Assembly (NCBI GenBank): GCA_963811105.1
Contig: CAWEPZ010000011.1
Span: 832,001 to 896,000 of the forward strand
Reading direction: 5' to 3'
DNA from: Candidatus Bathyarchaeota archaeon
GTDB taxonomy: Archaea; Thermoproteota; Bathyarchaeia; Bathyarchaeales; Bathycorpusculaceae
DNA length: 64,000 nt
A program made the translations under genes and the position numbers. Each line of letters begins with the position of its first letter. Within the stretch, counting starts at the first letter, position 1. Below the pieces are notes generated by a model. It was given only the letters and a program-made list of their open reading frames with translations. It made no database searches and was not told the DNA's origin. Of this stretch, positions 7,338 through 17,766 are shown in pieces.

Positions 7338-9500
7338 TTAGAGTTTTAAGTTTTCGTTTCTTGTTTCAGCAGTCAAGTACTGTTTTAAACATAGGCTGTA
7401 GTCGCTACATTTGCCTGATTCCGAACAATCAAATAATCCGACGCACTCATGATGTGATTTCTCCTCCGGAGTACGATTTGACTTCAATAATTCATGTTTA
7501 ATTTCTGAAATAGGCTTAATTGGCAAAGTGACTGTGAATGTTGTGCCTTTTTCTTTTATTGTTTCAACGGTAATTGTTCCTGCGTGAGCGTCGATTATGC
7601 GTTTGCTGATTGCTAAGCCGAAGCCCATCCCCTGAGCTTTGGTAGTGACTATTGGAGAGAAGATTTTTGGCAATATTTCCTCAGCAATCCCCTCGCCGTT
7701 GTCTGTGAATGAGATTTCCAAATTGCCTTTTGTGTCCTTGCAGTTAATTGTTATTGTACCTTCGTTTGGAATTGCATCAATTCCGTTTCTGATTAGGTTG
7801 ATGAACACCCGAGTAATTCTGTTTGAATCAACTTTTATGCGGGGTTCTTCTGGAACATTGTTTAAAATTTTGATGTTTTTGGGAACGTTAGCCAAATCTA
7901 AAGCGTCCATTACGAGAGTTCGGGGTGAATTTTCTTGAAGTTCCAGGTGAATTTCTCTAGAGTAGTCTGTGAGATCGTTGATGATTTTGTTGGAGTGGTC
8001 AACGCATTTGTCGATTGTTTCAAGCGTTTCTTTAGATTTTGATTTGGAAATTGCTTCGCCGTTTTCTTTCAAGAAATGACTAGCTTTCTTGATAGCGTTC
8101 AATGGGCTTCGAAGATCATGCCCGATCATTCCTGCTAAATCCCCAATTGCTGCCAATCTTTCGGATTTGACAAGTTGTTGTTGAGTTTTCTTAAGCTCTT
8201 TAGTTCGGGTCTCAATTAGTTCCTCTAAATGCTTTGAATACTGCTCCAGCTTGTTTTCCATTTGCTTGCGATCAGTAATGTCCATGACGATTCCTCTTAT
8301 GCCCTTCACTTTAGTGTCAGAAATGATAGGGTTGGTTCTAACAAGCGCCGGAAAAGTGGAACCGTCTTTTCTCAAAAGCGTATATTCGTTAGTGCCAAGG
8401 TTTTTGCCAGTCATCGACTTCGTAATGTTCTCTTTTGCATTTTCGCGTTCCTCTGGAACAACGAAAGACAGCACGTTCATGCCTTTTTCTAGTTCTTCCG
8501 GTGTAAAGCCTGTTATTTCAAAAGCTATCTGATTAAAAAAAGAAATTCTCCCACTTATATCAGCCTCAAAAACTAACTCTGGCAAAAAATTAGCTAGTTC
8601 TCGATGTCTCTGTTCGCTTTTTATTAAGATTTCTTCGGCTTTCTTGTGTTCGTCAATGTCTAGAAACATGGCTTGCACAGCGGGATGACCATCATATTCG
8701 ATTAGGGTTGAAAACGCGTCAAGCCAAATTATGGAACCGTCTTTTCGCACTCCTCTAAACTCGTAGCTGTTGTTCGCTTCATTGCCTTCCAACCGGTTTC
8801 TAAAACGATTAAAGAAAACTGCCCTATCCTCTTGATGAATCAATTCGCCTATTTCCGAGGATGAAATAGAGGTTAACTCTTCGGGAAAGTAACCTAGCAT
8901 TTTTCCCATTGACGCATTGGCAAAAACTATGCGGAGTGGAGTATCTTGAGCAATCATTATACCTTGGAGCGATTTCTCAATAAGCATGCGATATTTGGAA
9001 TCTGATGCGGCAAGTTTCCGTGCTGATTTTTTTTGCTCCACAGTTTTGTTTATGGCATGTGCCAATTCGTAGTAGACTATCTCAGGTGAACCGCTTTTGT
9101 TGATGTAACTGTCAGCGCCTAAATTCAAGGCTTTAACTGCGATGTCTTCCCTGCCTTCGCCTATAAACAGGATAAATGGAATTTTAATGTTTTTTTCTCT
9201 GAGTTCTTTAAGAAACTCTAATCCGTTTTTCTGGGGCATTACATAATCAGAAACTATCGCATCGTAACTCCGTGTTTCTATTTTTTTTAAAGCCTCGTCA
9301 ACAGAGGTTGCATTGTCGATCTCGAACTTGTTTTCTTTTTCAAGAATCATTTTCGAAACAGATAGGATTGAAGCGTCATCGTCGACATGCAAAATAAGCA
9401 AAGATTCTTCTTTAACAAAATAGTCCGTGCTGAACACTGGTATTAAGGTTGTCTCGGAAGCTTGAAGCCCGGCTGTAGTTGGCTCCTCGGCTTTGTTCAT
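7338..9500 (-). CDS. Hybrid sensor histidine kinase (REC-PAS-PAS-HisKA-HATPase)
   Basis: ILHVDDD/IVSDYVMP receiver, two PAS/PAC repeats (RKDGS motifs), GHDLRSPL H-box, NLIRNGIDA N-box, DNGEGI and GMGFGL G-boxes. Confidence 0.95.
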   Translation of the reverse strand: MNKAEEPTTAGLQASETTLIPVFSTDYFVKEESLLILHVDDDASILSVSKMILEKENKFEIDNATSVDEALKKIETRSYDAIVSDYVMPQKNGLEFLKELREKNIKIPFILFIGEGREDIAVKALNLGADSYINKSGSPEIVYYELAHAINKTVEQKKSARKLAASDSKYRMLIEKSLQGIMIAQDTPLRIVFANASMGKMLGYFPEELTSISSSEIGELIHQEDRAVFFNRFRNRLEGNEANNSYEFRGVRKDGSIIWLDAFSTLIEYDGHPAVQAMFLDIDEHKKAEEILIKSEQRHRELANFLPELVFEADISGRISFFNQIAFEITGFTPEELEKGMNVLSFVVPEERENAKENITKSMTGKNLGTNEYTLLRKDGSTFPALVRTNPIISDTKVKGIRGIVMDITDRKQMENKLEQYSKHLEELIETRTKELKKTQQQLVKSERLAAIGDLAGMIGHDLRSPLNAIKKASHFLKENGEAISKSKSKETLETIDKCVDHSNKIINDLTDYSREIHLELQENSPRTLVMDALDLANVPKNIKILNNVPEEPRIKVDSNRITRVFINLIRNGIDAIPNEGTITINCKDTKGNLEISFTDNGEGIAEEILPKIFSPIVTTKAQGMGFGLAISKRIIDAHAGTITVETIKEKGTTFTVTLPIKPISEIKHELLKSNRTPEEKSHHECVGLFDCSESGKCSDYSLCLKQYLTAETRNENLKL

Positions 9501-9594
9501 GTTGCTTTCCTTGTTCCGAAAGTGCTCAAAATGTTTATAATGTTTATGAACTTTAGATATTTAGATTAGGTTTTCAATAAAAAAATAAGTTGTG

Positions 9595-9720
9595 TTGTTT
9601 TTTTCAGTTTGTTTTGGGGTATTTTTTTGATTTAGGGTTTGAAATGTTTACAGGTTGCGTGTTTTTGCGTTTTTCTGAGTTGAATATTGGCTTCCTGTGT
9701 CCTTCTGCGTTTATCTGTGC
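9595..9720 (+). repeat. Dispersed intergenic element copy B with TGCGT-type 10-bp array
   Basis: T/G tract, CAGGTTG at 9651-9657, then TG(C/A/T)G(T/C) at 9656, 9666, 9676, 9696, 9706 and 9716. Confidence 0.7.
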
Positions 9721-9884
9721 TGCTCTAAGCGTTGAAGTAATTGATAATGAAAGGAGTGACTATATTGGTAGTTATAGTTTTTCAAACATTGTTTCTTGCG
9801 TGAATTAAGTTTTCGCGCGCTTATTCGCGTATTGCATAAAGCTTTTATTAGTCATTTTTAGCATAGAGTCGTCAGGTCATTAAA

Positions 9885-9968
9885 ATGGTAAAAACTCTTT
9901 TGGGTTTCGAGGAAGAAGAAGAGGACTGCGAAGACTGCGATTGTGACGACTGCGAAGATGAAGAATAA
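9885..9968 (+). CDS. Putative 27-aa acidic Cys-rich micropeptide
   Basis: MVKTLLGFEEEEEDCEDCDCDDCEDEE*. BRE/TATA-like ATAAAGCTTTTATTA about 35 nt upstream. Confidence 0.5.
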   Translation: MVKTLLGFEEEEEDCEDCDCDDCEDEE

Positions 9969-10029
9969 CTCAATGCCTTAACATTCTTTTTTTCTAATTG
10001 CTTCAGGGGAGGTCTATGCCCTTTGTTTA

Positions 10030-10276
10030 TGCAGTGAGATCCTACTTTGGGGATTGATGTTCTGAGAGCGAGGGCGTAAACTTGTTTTAGGACTCTTGCC
10101 TGTTCAGTGCTTAAAATTTCGCAGTGCGTTTCCGTTGTATCAAAGTCTTCTCTTGAAGCCCCGTTAACTGTTCCTTGAAGGTTTTCTCCTAAACAAACAG
10201 AATAATCAGATAGTTTCAGTTGAACCGTAGTTTGAGGGGCTGCAAGTTTGTTCGTGAATTTTTTAAAGAACCCCAT
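10030..10276 (-). pseudogene. Truncated arrestin/Spo0M-like N-terminal domain gene
   Basis: MGFFKKFTNKLAAPQTTVQLKLSDYSVCLGENLQGTV..S.EDFD...CEI resembles Spo0M/arrestin-N. The ORF then runs into antisense low-complexity sequence of the 9885 micro-ORF. Confidence 0.4.
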
Positions 10277-10354
10277 TGTCACACATGCTGTTTTCTCATT
10301 GATAGTCAATCTGTTCTCTTTTAAGATTTATGAATCATTTTAAATTGTGCAAAA

Positions 10355-10940
10355 TTATTGTTGTGAAGTTTTTTGAATTTGATTATATCGAAAACACATA
10401 ATTAAATGGTCATTTACTAAACCAGCGGCTTGCATGAAAGCGTAGCATATAGTAGGACCAACAAAGCGGAAGCCCCGCTTTTTCAAGTCCTTGCTCATAG
10501 CTTTTGACTCATTAGATTCTGCAGGCAAATCTGCTAACCGGGTAAAAGAATTTTGGATTGGTTGTCCATGGGTAAACTGCCATATATAAGTGTCAAAGCT
10601 ATCGAATTCTTTTTGAACTTTCAGCATGCAACATGCGTTGTTGATTGTTGCCAAAATCTTGGATCTGTTTCTTACAATGGTCGCTGTCGTTAACTAATCG
10701 CTCTACGTCTTCATCGGTATATTTTGCGATTTTCTCCGGATCGAAGTTGTCAAAAGCTTTTCTGAAAGCATCTCTTTTTTTTAGTATTATTAACCAAGAG
10801 AGACCTGCTTGAAAAGCATCCAAAACAAAAAACTCAAATAACTTATTATCTTCGTGAAGGGGAACGCCCCACTCTTCATCATGATACTTTACATAAAGTG
10901 GATTATCAGTATTCCAACATCTCTGCAATTCATTGCCCAT
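10355..10940 (-). pseudogene. tag: DNA-3-methyladenine glycosylase I, split by a +1 frameshift near 10682
   Basis: RCW..YVKYHDEEWGVP..FQAGLSWLIILKKR in one frame and TIVRNRSKILATINNA..LKKRGFRFVGPTICYAFMQAAGLVNDHLIMC in the next. Confidence 0.9.
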
Positions 10941-10984
10941 TGACCAAACACCTTTCTGTTTGACTTGCTTAGTTTCTAAAGATG

Positions 10985-11110
10985 CTCTTGTTGTTTTAGG
11001 TTGCTTTTTAGTCTTAGGGTTTGTTTAGTTTGCAGGTTGCGACATTTTTAGACATTTTTAGACATTTTTAAATAAAAATCGACAATATTAAACAAAATTG
11101 GACAATCCCA
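10985..11110 (+). repeat. Dispersed intergenic element copy C with GACATTTTTA x3 tandem array
   Basis: T/G tract, CAGGTTG at 11033-11039, perfect GACATTTTTA x3 (11041-11070), and in-phase GACAAT at 11081 and 11101. Confidence 0.75.
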
Positions 11111-11237
11111 CAATCAAAGAGAAAGTCGCGCTTCAAAAAATTAGAATTCTGAAAATATGTCTTTCTGACATGAAATACTCAAGTTTTTGTCCGTTTTTTT
11201 GTAATAAAAAAGAGAGAAATTGGTTTTCTCTGAATGC

Positions 11238-12062
11238 TTAGTGTTTTTTGTAGAGTACTATGCCGACTATGGCTATTGCAATGATAATTGCGATCACTCC
11301 GCCGATTATCAAGGACATCATGGAATTGGTTATTGCATCTACGGTGATTGGCACGGTTGTCGCTGTTGGTGATGTTGTTGAAGCTGTAGTTACGGCAACG
11401 TAGGTTGAGGCCCACGAGCTGCCATATGAATTGTCGCCTGCGAAGGTGGCTGTGACTTCGTATTGTCCTGTCGTAGTAGGAGTCCAAGTGTAGCCATAAG
11501 CGCCGCTTGCATCACTTGTGACAGTTGCAATGTGCTGGTAGTTGCCGTTAGGATCAAGAGTGTCAAAGGACACTGGAACACCAATAACGGTAATGTTATG
11601 ACCAACTCCGTCAATTGGGAGACCCATGTGCAAGTATTCCATGTACGTGGGCATTGATTGTGCTGAAACGCATGCTTTGCCTTGTTCCGCTGGAGACTGA
11701 TCCAAAACAGTGCCTGTCAAGACAAGGCTTTGTCCTGAACTTATAGCTATTTGTGGACCTGAAATTGTTGTGGAGCTTAGACCTCTACCGAAGACATACA
11801 TGTATCCGTCGTACATGTTGCCTGCCGTTAGGTATCCGTCAGCGACTTCGCCTGGAGCCATATCTCCTGTTATATTCCAGATGCCTTGCCCTGTAGTGGC
11901 GTTGATGGCGTAGAGTTTCTATCCTCTGGTTGCAGGTTGGCTTGGTGTTTGTTAGGTGTTGTATGTGAAGATGATTCCGTCAGCAATGCGGGTTGTGCCG
12001 GTGAACCATGGATAATTGTCTTGGTAAGGAGTTTCAAATGCAGATGGCGCTTTTGCCTGGAA
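11238..12062 (-). pseudogene. 5'-truncated copy of the PQQ-like surface protein family with two in-frame stops
   Basis: The same frame upstream of the 207-aa ORF reads FQAKAPSAFETPYQDNYPWFTGTTRIADGIIFTYNT*QTPSQPATRG*KLYAINATTG. TAA (11954-11952) replaces the E of NTEH and TAG (11921-11919) replaces W. The N-terminal ~570 codons are absent. Confidence 0.85.
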
Positions 12063-12143
12063 TCTGACAAAATTTCTTTTGCTGCAAATCACGTGCTAAA
12101 ACTAAAAAAAGAAAAAGGAAAGTTGTTTTTAGTTGTGCTGTTT

Positions 12144-14660
12144 TTATGCGTGTTTTCTGAGCAGTAGTATACCGACTATTGCGACTGCAATTATAATTGC
12201 AATTACTCCTGCCAAAACTGTTGTTACTACTGTATTGTTGACTGCGTCAAAAGTTACTGGTGACAATGTTGCTGTTGGAGATGTCCCTAGCGCATTGATA
12301 ACATTTGCGTATGTTTGTGCCCATGAGCTGCCGTAAGAGTTTGTGCCTGCGAATGTTGCTGTAATCTTGTAGTCGCCTGCAATTGTTGGAGCCCAAGTGT
12401 AACCGAATGTTCCGCTGACGTCGCTTGTGACTGTTGCAATGTGTATTGCGTTGCCGTTTGGATCAAGTGCATCAATGGATACTGGAACACCTGTCACTGT
12501 AACGTTATGCCATGGTCCGTCAATAGGCTGTTGCATATGCAAGTATTCCATGTATGTGTTCACTGTGTCGTCAGAAACGCATGCTTTGCCTGGCTGGGCT
12601 GGGGATTGGTCTAAGACTGTACCAGATATGATCGCGTTTGTTCCTATGGTAACACTAGTTTGTGGCGCTGAAACTGTTGTTGCGCTCTGGCCTTTGCCGA
12701 AAACATACATGAAGCCATCGTAAGAGTTGCTTGCGGTGAGATATCCATCAGATACTGCACCTTCGGTGAATGCTCCAGTTATGTTCCATACGCCTTTACC
12801 ATTTGTACAGTTTATGGCGCTTAGCTTCCATCCTCTAGCGATTGGTTGAGTTGGTGAGTGCTCAGAGTTTCCAACATACAGGATTCCGTTAGCAATAACT
12901 CCACCGCCATCGAAAGCCATGTCAGGATACCAAGGAGATTCGAAAGGTGCGCATGGTGATTCATATCGCCAGACTATCTTTCCAGTGTTCCAGTCAAACG
13001 CGTAGACACCTGCATAGCTAAATCTGTAGACATTGCCGTAGGCTGAAGCTACTGCGTAAGCACCGCCAAAGCCCCATGGATACGCCATCTTATCGCTTAC
13101 CCATGCTTGTTGTCCAGTTGTTAAGTCCCAGGCAACAAGTATACCGGATGTGTCATCTCGATCAGCGAAACAGTATTTACCATGATCTGCAACTGCTGTG
13201 CTTCCACTATAGTTTACATGGTCTGTTGTTACGTTCCACAGCACCTGTCCAGTTATCAAGCTAACACCTATCAAACGTGTTCCCATTTGAACTACTGTAG
13301 CATTAGCAGCGGCATTAGGTACGGCTTGAGCGGTAACAGATACACCTGCGTTGAAGTCACAGGTGCCTAAACTGGTGAACGGGAATGTAACGTTGCTGAT
13401 TATTCTTGCAGTGAAGTTATCGTTTGTTCCGACTACTGTCATTCCACCGTTTTTAACTTGGTCTTCGCATGTCCAGTTAATTAAACGGTTGCCAATTGCG
13501 GTGTTATTTGTCTGTATGCTTAAGACGTAGGGATCATTATAGTAGGTTCCTGTCATGCCTGTAACGTTATATATAACTGCGCCTGTAAATGGATCAATCC
13601 AGATTAGCCTCGCACCTATTGACAAAAGTCTGACACCTGGTTGCAAGTCAGCGGTATCGCCAACAACGTCAGGAAGGCCTGCAACGCCGTATGAAATAGC
13701 TGTAGGTGTGATACCACCCTGTGCAACTGGAATTTGGTAGTAAACATGTCCTGTTTGTAGGTCGTAGCATTCGGCACAGCTGCCAATTCCTGGCACTGTA
13801 ACGGTTTGGTAACATCTTCCATCATAGATCAAGCCTGGCGTACCGCTACCGGTCGTGAGGTCACCTTGTCCATTGGCTACTTTTTGGTCATCTCCTCCGA
13901 GAGCACCTGCAATTGAACCCTGTATTGTCCACAATATGTGTGCGCTGGTAGGTCCGACTGTGTATGGGCCCGCATATTCATAGTTATTCCCATATGGGTT
14001 TGGATAGTTGCCTAAGATTGGCCACCAGTCTCGGTTCAGTGTTGTTACGGGTCTTGTCCAGTAGTCCGTTGGAAGAGGCGTTCCTGGATAAGACCTGACT
14101 TGGTCTTGTTGTACAACGAATGTCATTGTTTGACTAACGCCTGGTGCATAGTAGCATGAAAGAGGTGCATTAAACACTTGACCGAACGAGGAATAGCCTA
14201 CGAGTTGACCTGAACTGTAGTTTCCAGCTGGATAATAGTTTCCAGGGAAATTAAACACAGCGCTCCAGTTGCCCGCTTGGTCTGGTATATAATAAGTATA
14301 TGCAGTTGCGTCTCCCTGATAAGAGTTGAATGGACCTAAGGTGTCTTTTGTTCCGTCTGGTTTAGTGAGGGTTACTGTGTATCCTGTTAGGAATCGTGCG
14401 TTTGTAACTGGTGGGTTCATCCACATGTTGATTAGCAATTGCTGGTTAACACCAATGGGGTTAGGGCTGATAGCGAGACCAAGGCTTGATTTAACTGTGA
14501 CATCAGGGGTAATACCTGCAGGAAGCGGTATGCCGTATGGGTTTTGTATGTTTGTGTAAGTAGCAGCGTTAGCAGTTGGCATTGTTATCAGTACTATCGA
14601 TGTAAAAAATAGAGCTATAATTGCTGCGGATTTTAGTTGGGTTAGGATTTTTTTATTCAT
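12144..14660 (-). CDS. Large secreted PQQ-like beta-propeller surface protein (paralogue 2)
   Basis: Signal peptide; PNPIGVNQ; PLPTDYWTRP..NRDWW; WDLTTGQQAW-type propeller repeats; NSEHSPTQP; DQSPAQPG..MEYLHMQ; Thr-rich linker; C-terminal TM plus basic tail. Confidence 0.9.
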   Translation of the reverse strand: MNKKILTQLKSAAIIALFFTSIVLITMPTANAATYTNIQNPYGIPLPAGITPDVTVKSSLGLAISPNPIGVNQQLLINMWMNPPVTNARFLTGYTVTLTKPDGTKDTLGPFNSYQGDATAYTYYIPDQAGNWSAVFNFPGNYYPAGNYSSGQLVGYSSFGQVFNAPLSCYYAPGVSQTMTFVVQQDQVRSYPGTPLPTDYWTRPVTTLNRDWWPILGNYPNPYGNNYEYAGPYTVGPTSAHILWTIQGSIAGALGGDDQKVANGQGDLTTGSGTPGLIYDGRCYQTVTVPGIGSCAECYDLQTGHVYYQIPVAQGGITPTAISYGVAGLPDVVGDTADLQPGVRLLSIGARLIWIDPFTGAVIYNVTGMTGTYYNDPYVLSIQTNNTAIGNRLINWTCEDQVKNGGMTVVGTNDNFTARIISNVTFPFTSLGTCDFNAGVSVTAQAVPNAAANATVVQMGTRLIGVSLITGQVLWNVTTDHVNYSGSTAVADHGKYCFADRDDTSGILVAWDLTTGQQAWVSDKMAYPWGFGGAYAVASAYGNVYRFSYAGVYAFDWNTGKIVWRYESPCAPFESPWYPDMAFDGGGVIANGILYVGNSEHSPTQPIARGWKLSAINCTNGKGVWNITGAFTEGAVSDGYLTASNSYDGFMYVFGKGQSATTVSAPQTSVTIGTNAIISGTVLDQSPAQPGKACVSDDTVNTYMEYLHMQQPIDGPWHNVTVTGVPVSIDALDPNGNAIHIATVTSDVSGTFGYTWAPTIAGDYKITATFAGTNSYGSSWAQTYANVINALGTSPTATLSPVTFDAVNNTVVTTVLAGVIAIIIAVAIVGILLLRKHA

Positions 14661-15326
14661 TTTTTTCTCCTCAAAGTTTTTTCTCTTCCGTGTATTTTTT
14701 TGGAATGTCCCCTCTTATTCAATGTTTATTCTTATAATACTTTGCAGAAAAATCGAAAAATGACATTGCATTCAGAATAGATTTCATATCGTAAGAAAAG
14801 AAGCCGAATTTTAAACGTTAGTCGCACAAGCCATCTGACAAAATGCCGAAGTTACAATGAATACTTTGAATGGTTGAGGAGAATGAGAAAAAGCAATGTA
14901 ATCGATAACTCATTATCAGATTCGGAAATTGCGGAAAGTGAAAGATCCATTCCGCTATTGCTCAAAAAAAGCCTTAAGAAATTAATTTGACTTAATGGTT
15001 CCGACTCTTTGGGGCATAGTCCCATCGGAATAGATACTAGAAAAAAAAGCATCAGTTTCTCAAAAAGCGTTGCAATATTTGTTGTGGACGTGAATCTGTT
15101 TAAGTCTGCAACTCGGCGGACTTGCCATTATTAAGTTTAAGATATAGTCTAAAAGCTTTATGTTTTGTATCAGAGATTCAGCCTCAATCTGGGGTAAGCC
15201 CCAGTTCGGCTCACACCAATCTCAGTATAAGTGCCCACAACACTTTTAGGAATAATAACTCTTAATATCCAAAGAACATAAATACCATATTCGCTGAAAC
15301 TTTGAGCATCCTTAAGGAGCTAACAA

Positions 15327-16013
15327 GTGCAAATGGACTTAAGCATAATCACTTCAAATGAGGATCTTATTATCTTAAATATAGTTCTATTTTTCCTTTT
15401 CGCTCTCGCAGGATCCTTAGATTTCAAGAAAAAAGAAAACGGTGGTAAGGCAAAAGCAGCAACCGCCACAGTTACTTTAATAGTAGCTGAATCCTTCGGA
15501 CTCTCACAGCGCTTTCTAAGTTTAGGAACATTTATCGCAGAGTTCTATGTAATGATGCACGGTCTTGCAGTCAGCGCTTACGCATTTGCATGGTTATTCG
15601 GACAGAACCCGTCAGGTTGGATTCCAACAAACACACTTTTCGAAATAATTGGTTTAGCGATGTTCTTATCCGGAGGCCTGCTTGTCTTTTTCGGGTGGGA
15701 CAAGATCTTCAATTCCAGAAGAAATTCCACGCTTGTTACAGATGGACTTTACAAATATGTTCGCCACCCACAATATTTAGGAATTCTAATAGCAACTTTT
15801 GGCATGGTCGTCTATAGGTTCTCTCCAATTTCACTTCTTCTTTGGCCAGTCTTGGCGATTATATATTATCGATTAGCAAAAAAAGAGGAGATTTGTGCGG
15901 AAAATAAGTTTGGAGAACAATACTTAACATATAAACAAAGAGTTCACATGTTCTTGCCATTTGGTCTTCCGAATAATGCCCAAAAATATAATAATAAGCT
16001 TGACAAAAATTGA
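15327..16013 (+). CDS. Isoprenylcysteine carboxylmethyltransferase/PEMT family membrane protein
   Basis: LVTDGLYKYVRHPQYLG and EE..FGEQY..Y..F.P motifs, multiple TM segments. Confidence 0.85.
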   Translation: MQMDLSIITSNEDLIILNIVLFFLFALAGSLDFKKKENGGKAKAATATVTLIVAESFGLSQRFLSLGTFIAEFYVMMHGLAVSAYAFAWLFGQNPSGWIPTNTLFEIIGLAMFLSGGLLVFFGWDKIFNSRRNSTLVTDGLYKYVRHPQYLGILIATFGMVVYRFSPISLLLWPVLAIIYYRLAKKEEICAENKFGEQYLTYKQRVHMFLPFGLPNNAQKYNNKLDKN

Positions 16014-16028
16014 AATTTAACAAAGATT

Positions 16029-17357
16029 TTAGGTTTTAGTTCTTTCCTTTCTCTTCATTCTAACATACAAATATGGAACAACTAAACCAATTGCTATTAT
16101 TAAAACAGCAACTAAAGTTAACGGCTGAGTTGTTGTCTGAGAAAATTGGGAGGATTGAGGCAGAATTCCCATTCCTGAACCAAAGCAGTAAACGAAACCA
16201 TCCTCAGAACCAACGTAAAGTTTTCCATTGACAACTGCAGGAGTAGATTTTACATTGAGTCCAGTTTTGTAGGTCCAGACCAAGTCTCCAGTTTTCTGGT
16301 TCAAAGCGTAAACTCGACCATCATCGGAACCAATGAAAATCATGCCGCTCGCAATTGTTGGGGAAGAAAGTACTGGTCCATCAGTTTTAAACCTCCATAC
16401 GAATGAGCCTGTGTTCTCATCAAGAGAATAAACATACTTATCCCATGACCCAAAAAAGACCTTGCCGTCAGCAACACCGGGAGAAGAAAGCACAGATAAA
16501 ACAGTCTGGTAATCCCATAATTGTTCTCCTGTACTTTCATTCAAACAATCTATCCAACCAGGCACAGCATGCTCGCCAATAAATACCCTACCGTCAACAA
16601 CGGCAGGCGAGCCAACAATAACACCTCGAGTTTCGTAGGTCCATATCAGTTTTCCTGTGCGCTCATCCAAGGTGAAGAATCGGTAAGTCGGATCCCAACC
16701 TCCTATGAAAACCTTGCCGTCAACAACAGCTGGAGGAGAAGTAACAAAACAGTTTGTGCTATAACTCCAGACAAGTTTTCCAGTCGTTTCATTCAACGCA
16801 TAAATGTACTTATCGGCACCGCCTATGAAAACCATCCCGTCAACAACTGCTGGAGAAGAAGCAATCTCCCACCCTGTTTTGAATTGCCACATCACAGTTC
16901 CATTTTTTGCATCAAAACAGTAAACTCGTTGATCACCTGATCCTATGAACACCTTTCCATCAACAACCGCGGGGGAATCAAAGAAGAACCAATTCCCAGT
17001 TTTATACCTCCAAATTTCGACTCCAGTGCTAGCATTCAAAGCATAGATGTTTCCATCACGCGAACCAATATACATGATGCCATCAACAATGGCGGGAGAA
17101 GAGTCGATAAGATCTTGCGTTTTGAATCTCCAAAGTAGATTGTTTGTCGTTGGAGCTGGGCTTAGAGTGAAACCTGAACGATTGAGATCATAGTGAAAAG
17201 TCGGCCATGAATATTGATTGCTATTACTATCTGTGCTTATTGCAGAGGCGCCTTCAAACGTAGCCAAAAAAAATGTGGAAAAAAAAATAGCCGAAATCAG
17301 GAGAAAAGTGGAAGCCTTTTGTATTCCATTACGTTTCATGTCTTTTTCTCCTTTCAA
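16029..17357 (-). CDS. BamB-like PQQ-repeat beta-propeller protein, secreted with C-terminal TM
   Basis: WPTFHYDLNRSG; about 8 repeats of SSPAVVDG..FIGS.D..YALN..TG..W; signal peptide; TM and basic tail. Likely start at MKRNG. Confidence 0.9.
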   Translation of the reverse strand: MKGEKDMKRNGIQKASTFLLISAIFFSTFFLATFEGASAISTDSNSNQYSWPTFHYDLNRSGFTLSPAPTTNNLLWRFKTQDLIDSSPAIVDGIMYIGSRDGNIYALNASTGVEIWRYKTGNWFFFDSPAVVDGKVFIGSGDQRVYCFDAKNGTVMWQFKTGWEIASSPAVVDGMVFIGGADKYIYALNETTGKLVWSYSTNCFVTSPPAVVDGKVFIGGWDPTYRFFTLDERTGKLIWTYETRGVIVGSPAVVDGRVFIGEHAVPGWIDCLNESTGEQLWDYQTVLSVLSSPGVADGKVFFGSWDKYVYSLDENTGSFVWRFKTDGPVLSSPTIASGMIFIGSDDGRVYALNQKTGDLVWTYKTGLNVKSTPAVVNGKLYVGSEDGFVYCFGSGMGILPQSSQFSQTTTQPLTLVAVLIIAIGLVVPYLYVRMKRKERTKT

Positions 17358-17766
17358 ACCGGGTATAGCTTCATAGAGTATTATGGGTCTTAAAATAAAG
17401 TTTTCGTTAGTTCAGTCTTTGCACCATGAATTTCGCAACTCTCTTGAGTGAGCAAATCAAGGAAAGTTTCACATAACAACTCAGTCGTATTTTAGTAAAT
17501 AAACTCAAAACGAATGCACCTATGAACATAGTAAAGCAGCAAACTTGTTGATGTTATCATAAAATGCTTAGCATACTGAACCTCAGCAAAATAGCAGTCC
17601 CAATACTCGTTCATTCTTAAATGCAGAATTACAAATCTAACTTTTTATATAATAGGCCCTGTCCATTTAACACCGTATTGAACGAGAAATCGAAGAAATA
17701 TCTATGTGTTATGAACTCTTTCTTAAGATAGTGACGTATTAAAGATTGCTTTATTTTTTTCGTGAT

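Noticed and set aside
11041-11110. GACATTTTTA repeats and other 10-bp arrays as a CRISPR array
   Set aside because: Units are 10 bp and contiguous with no 30-40 bp spacers; no cas genes are present.
11919-11954. Stop-codon readthrough or recoding linked to the divergent aRF1
   Set aside because: Two different stops (TAA for E, TAG for W) are each one substitution from the sense codon, in a gene that is also 5'-truncated; other genes end normally at TAA/TAG. Simple decay explains it.
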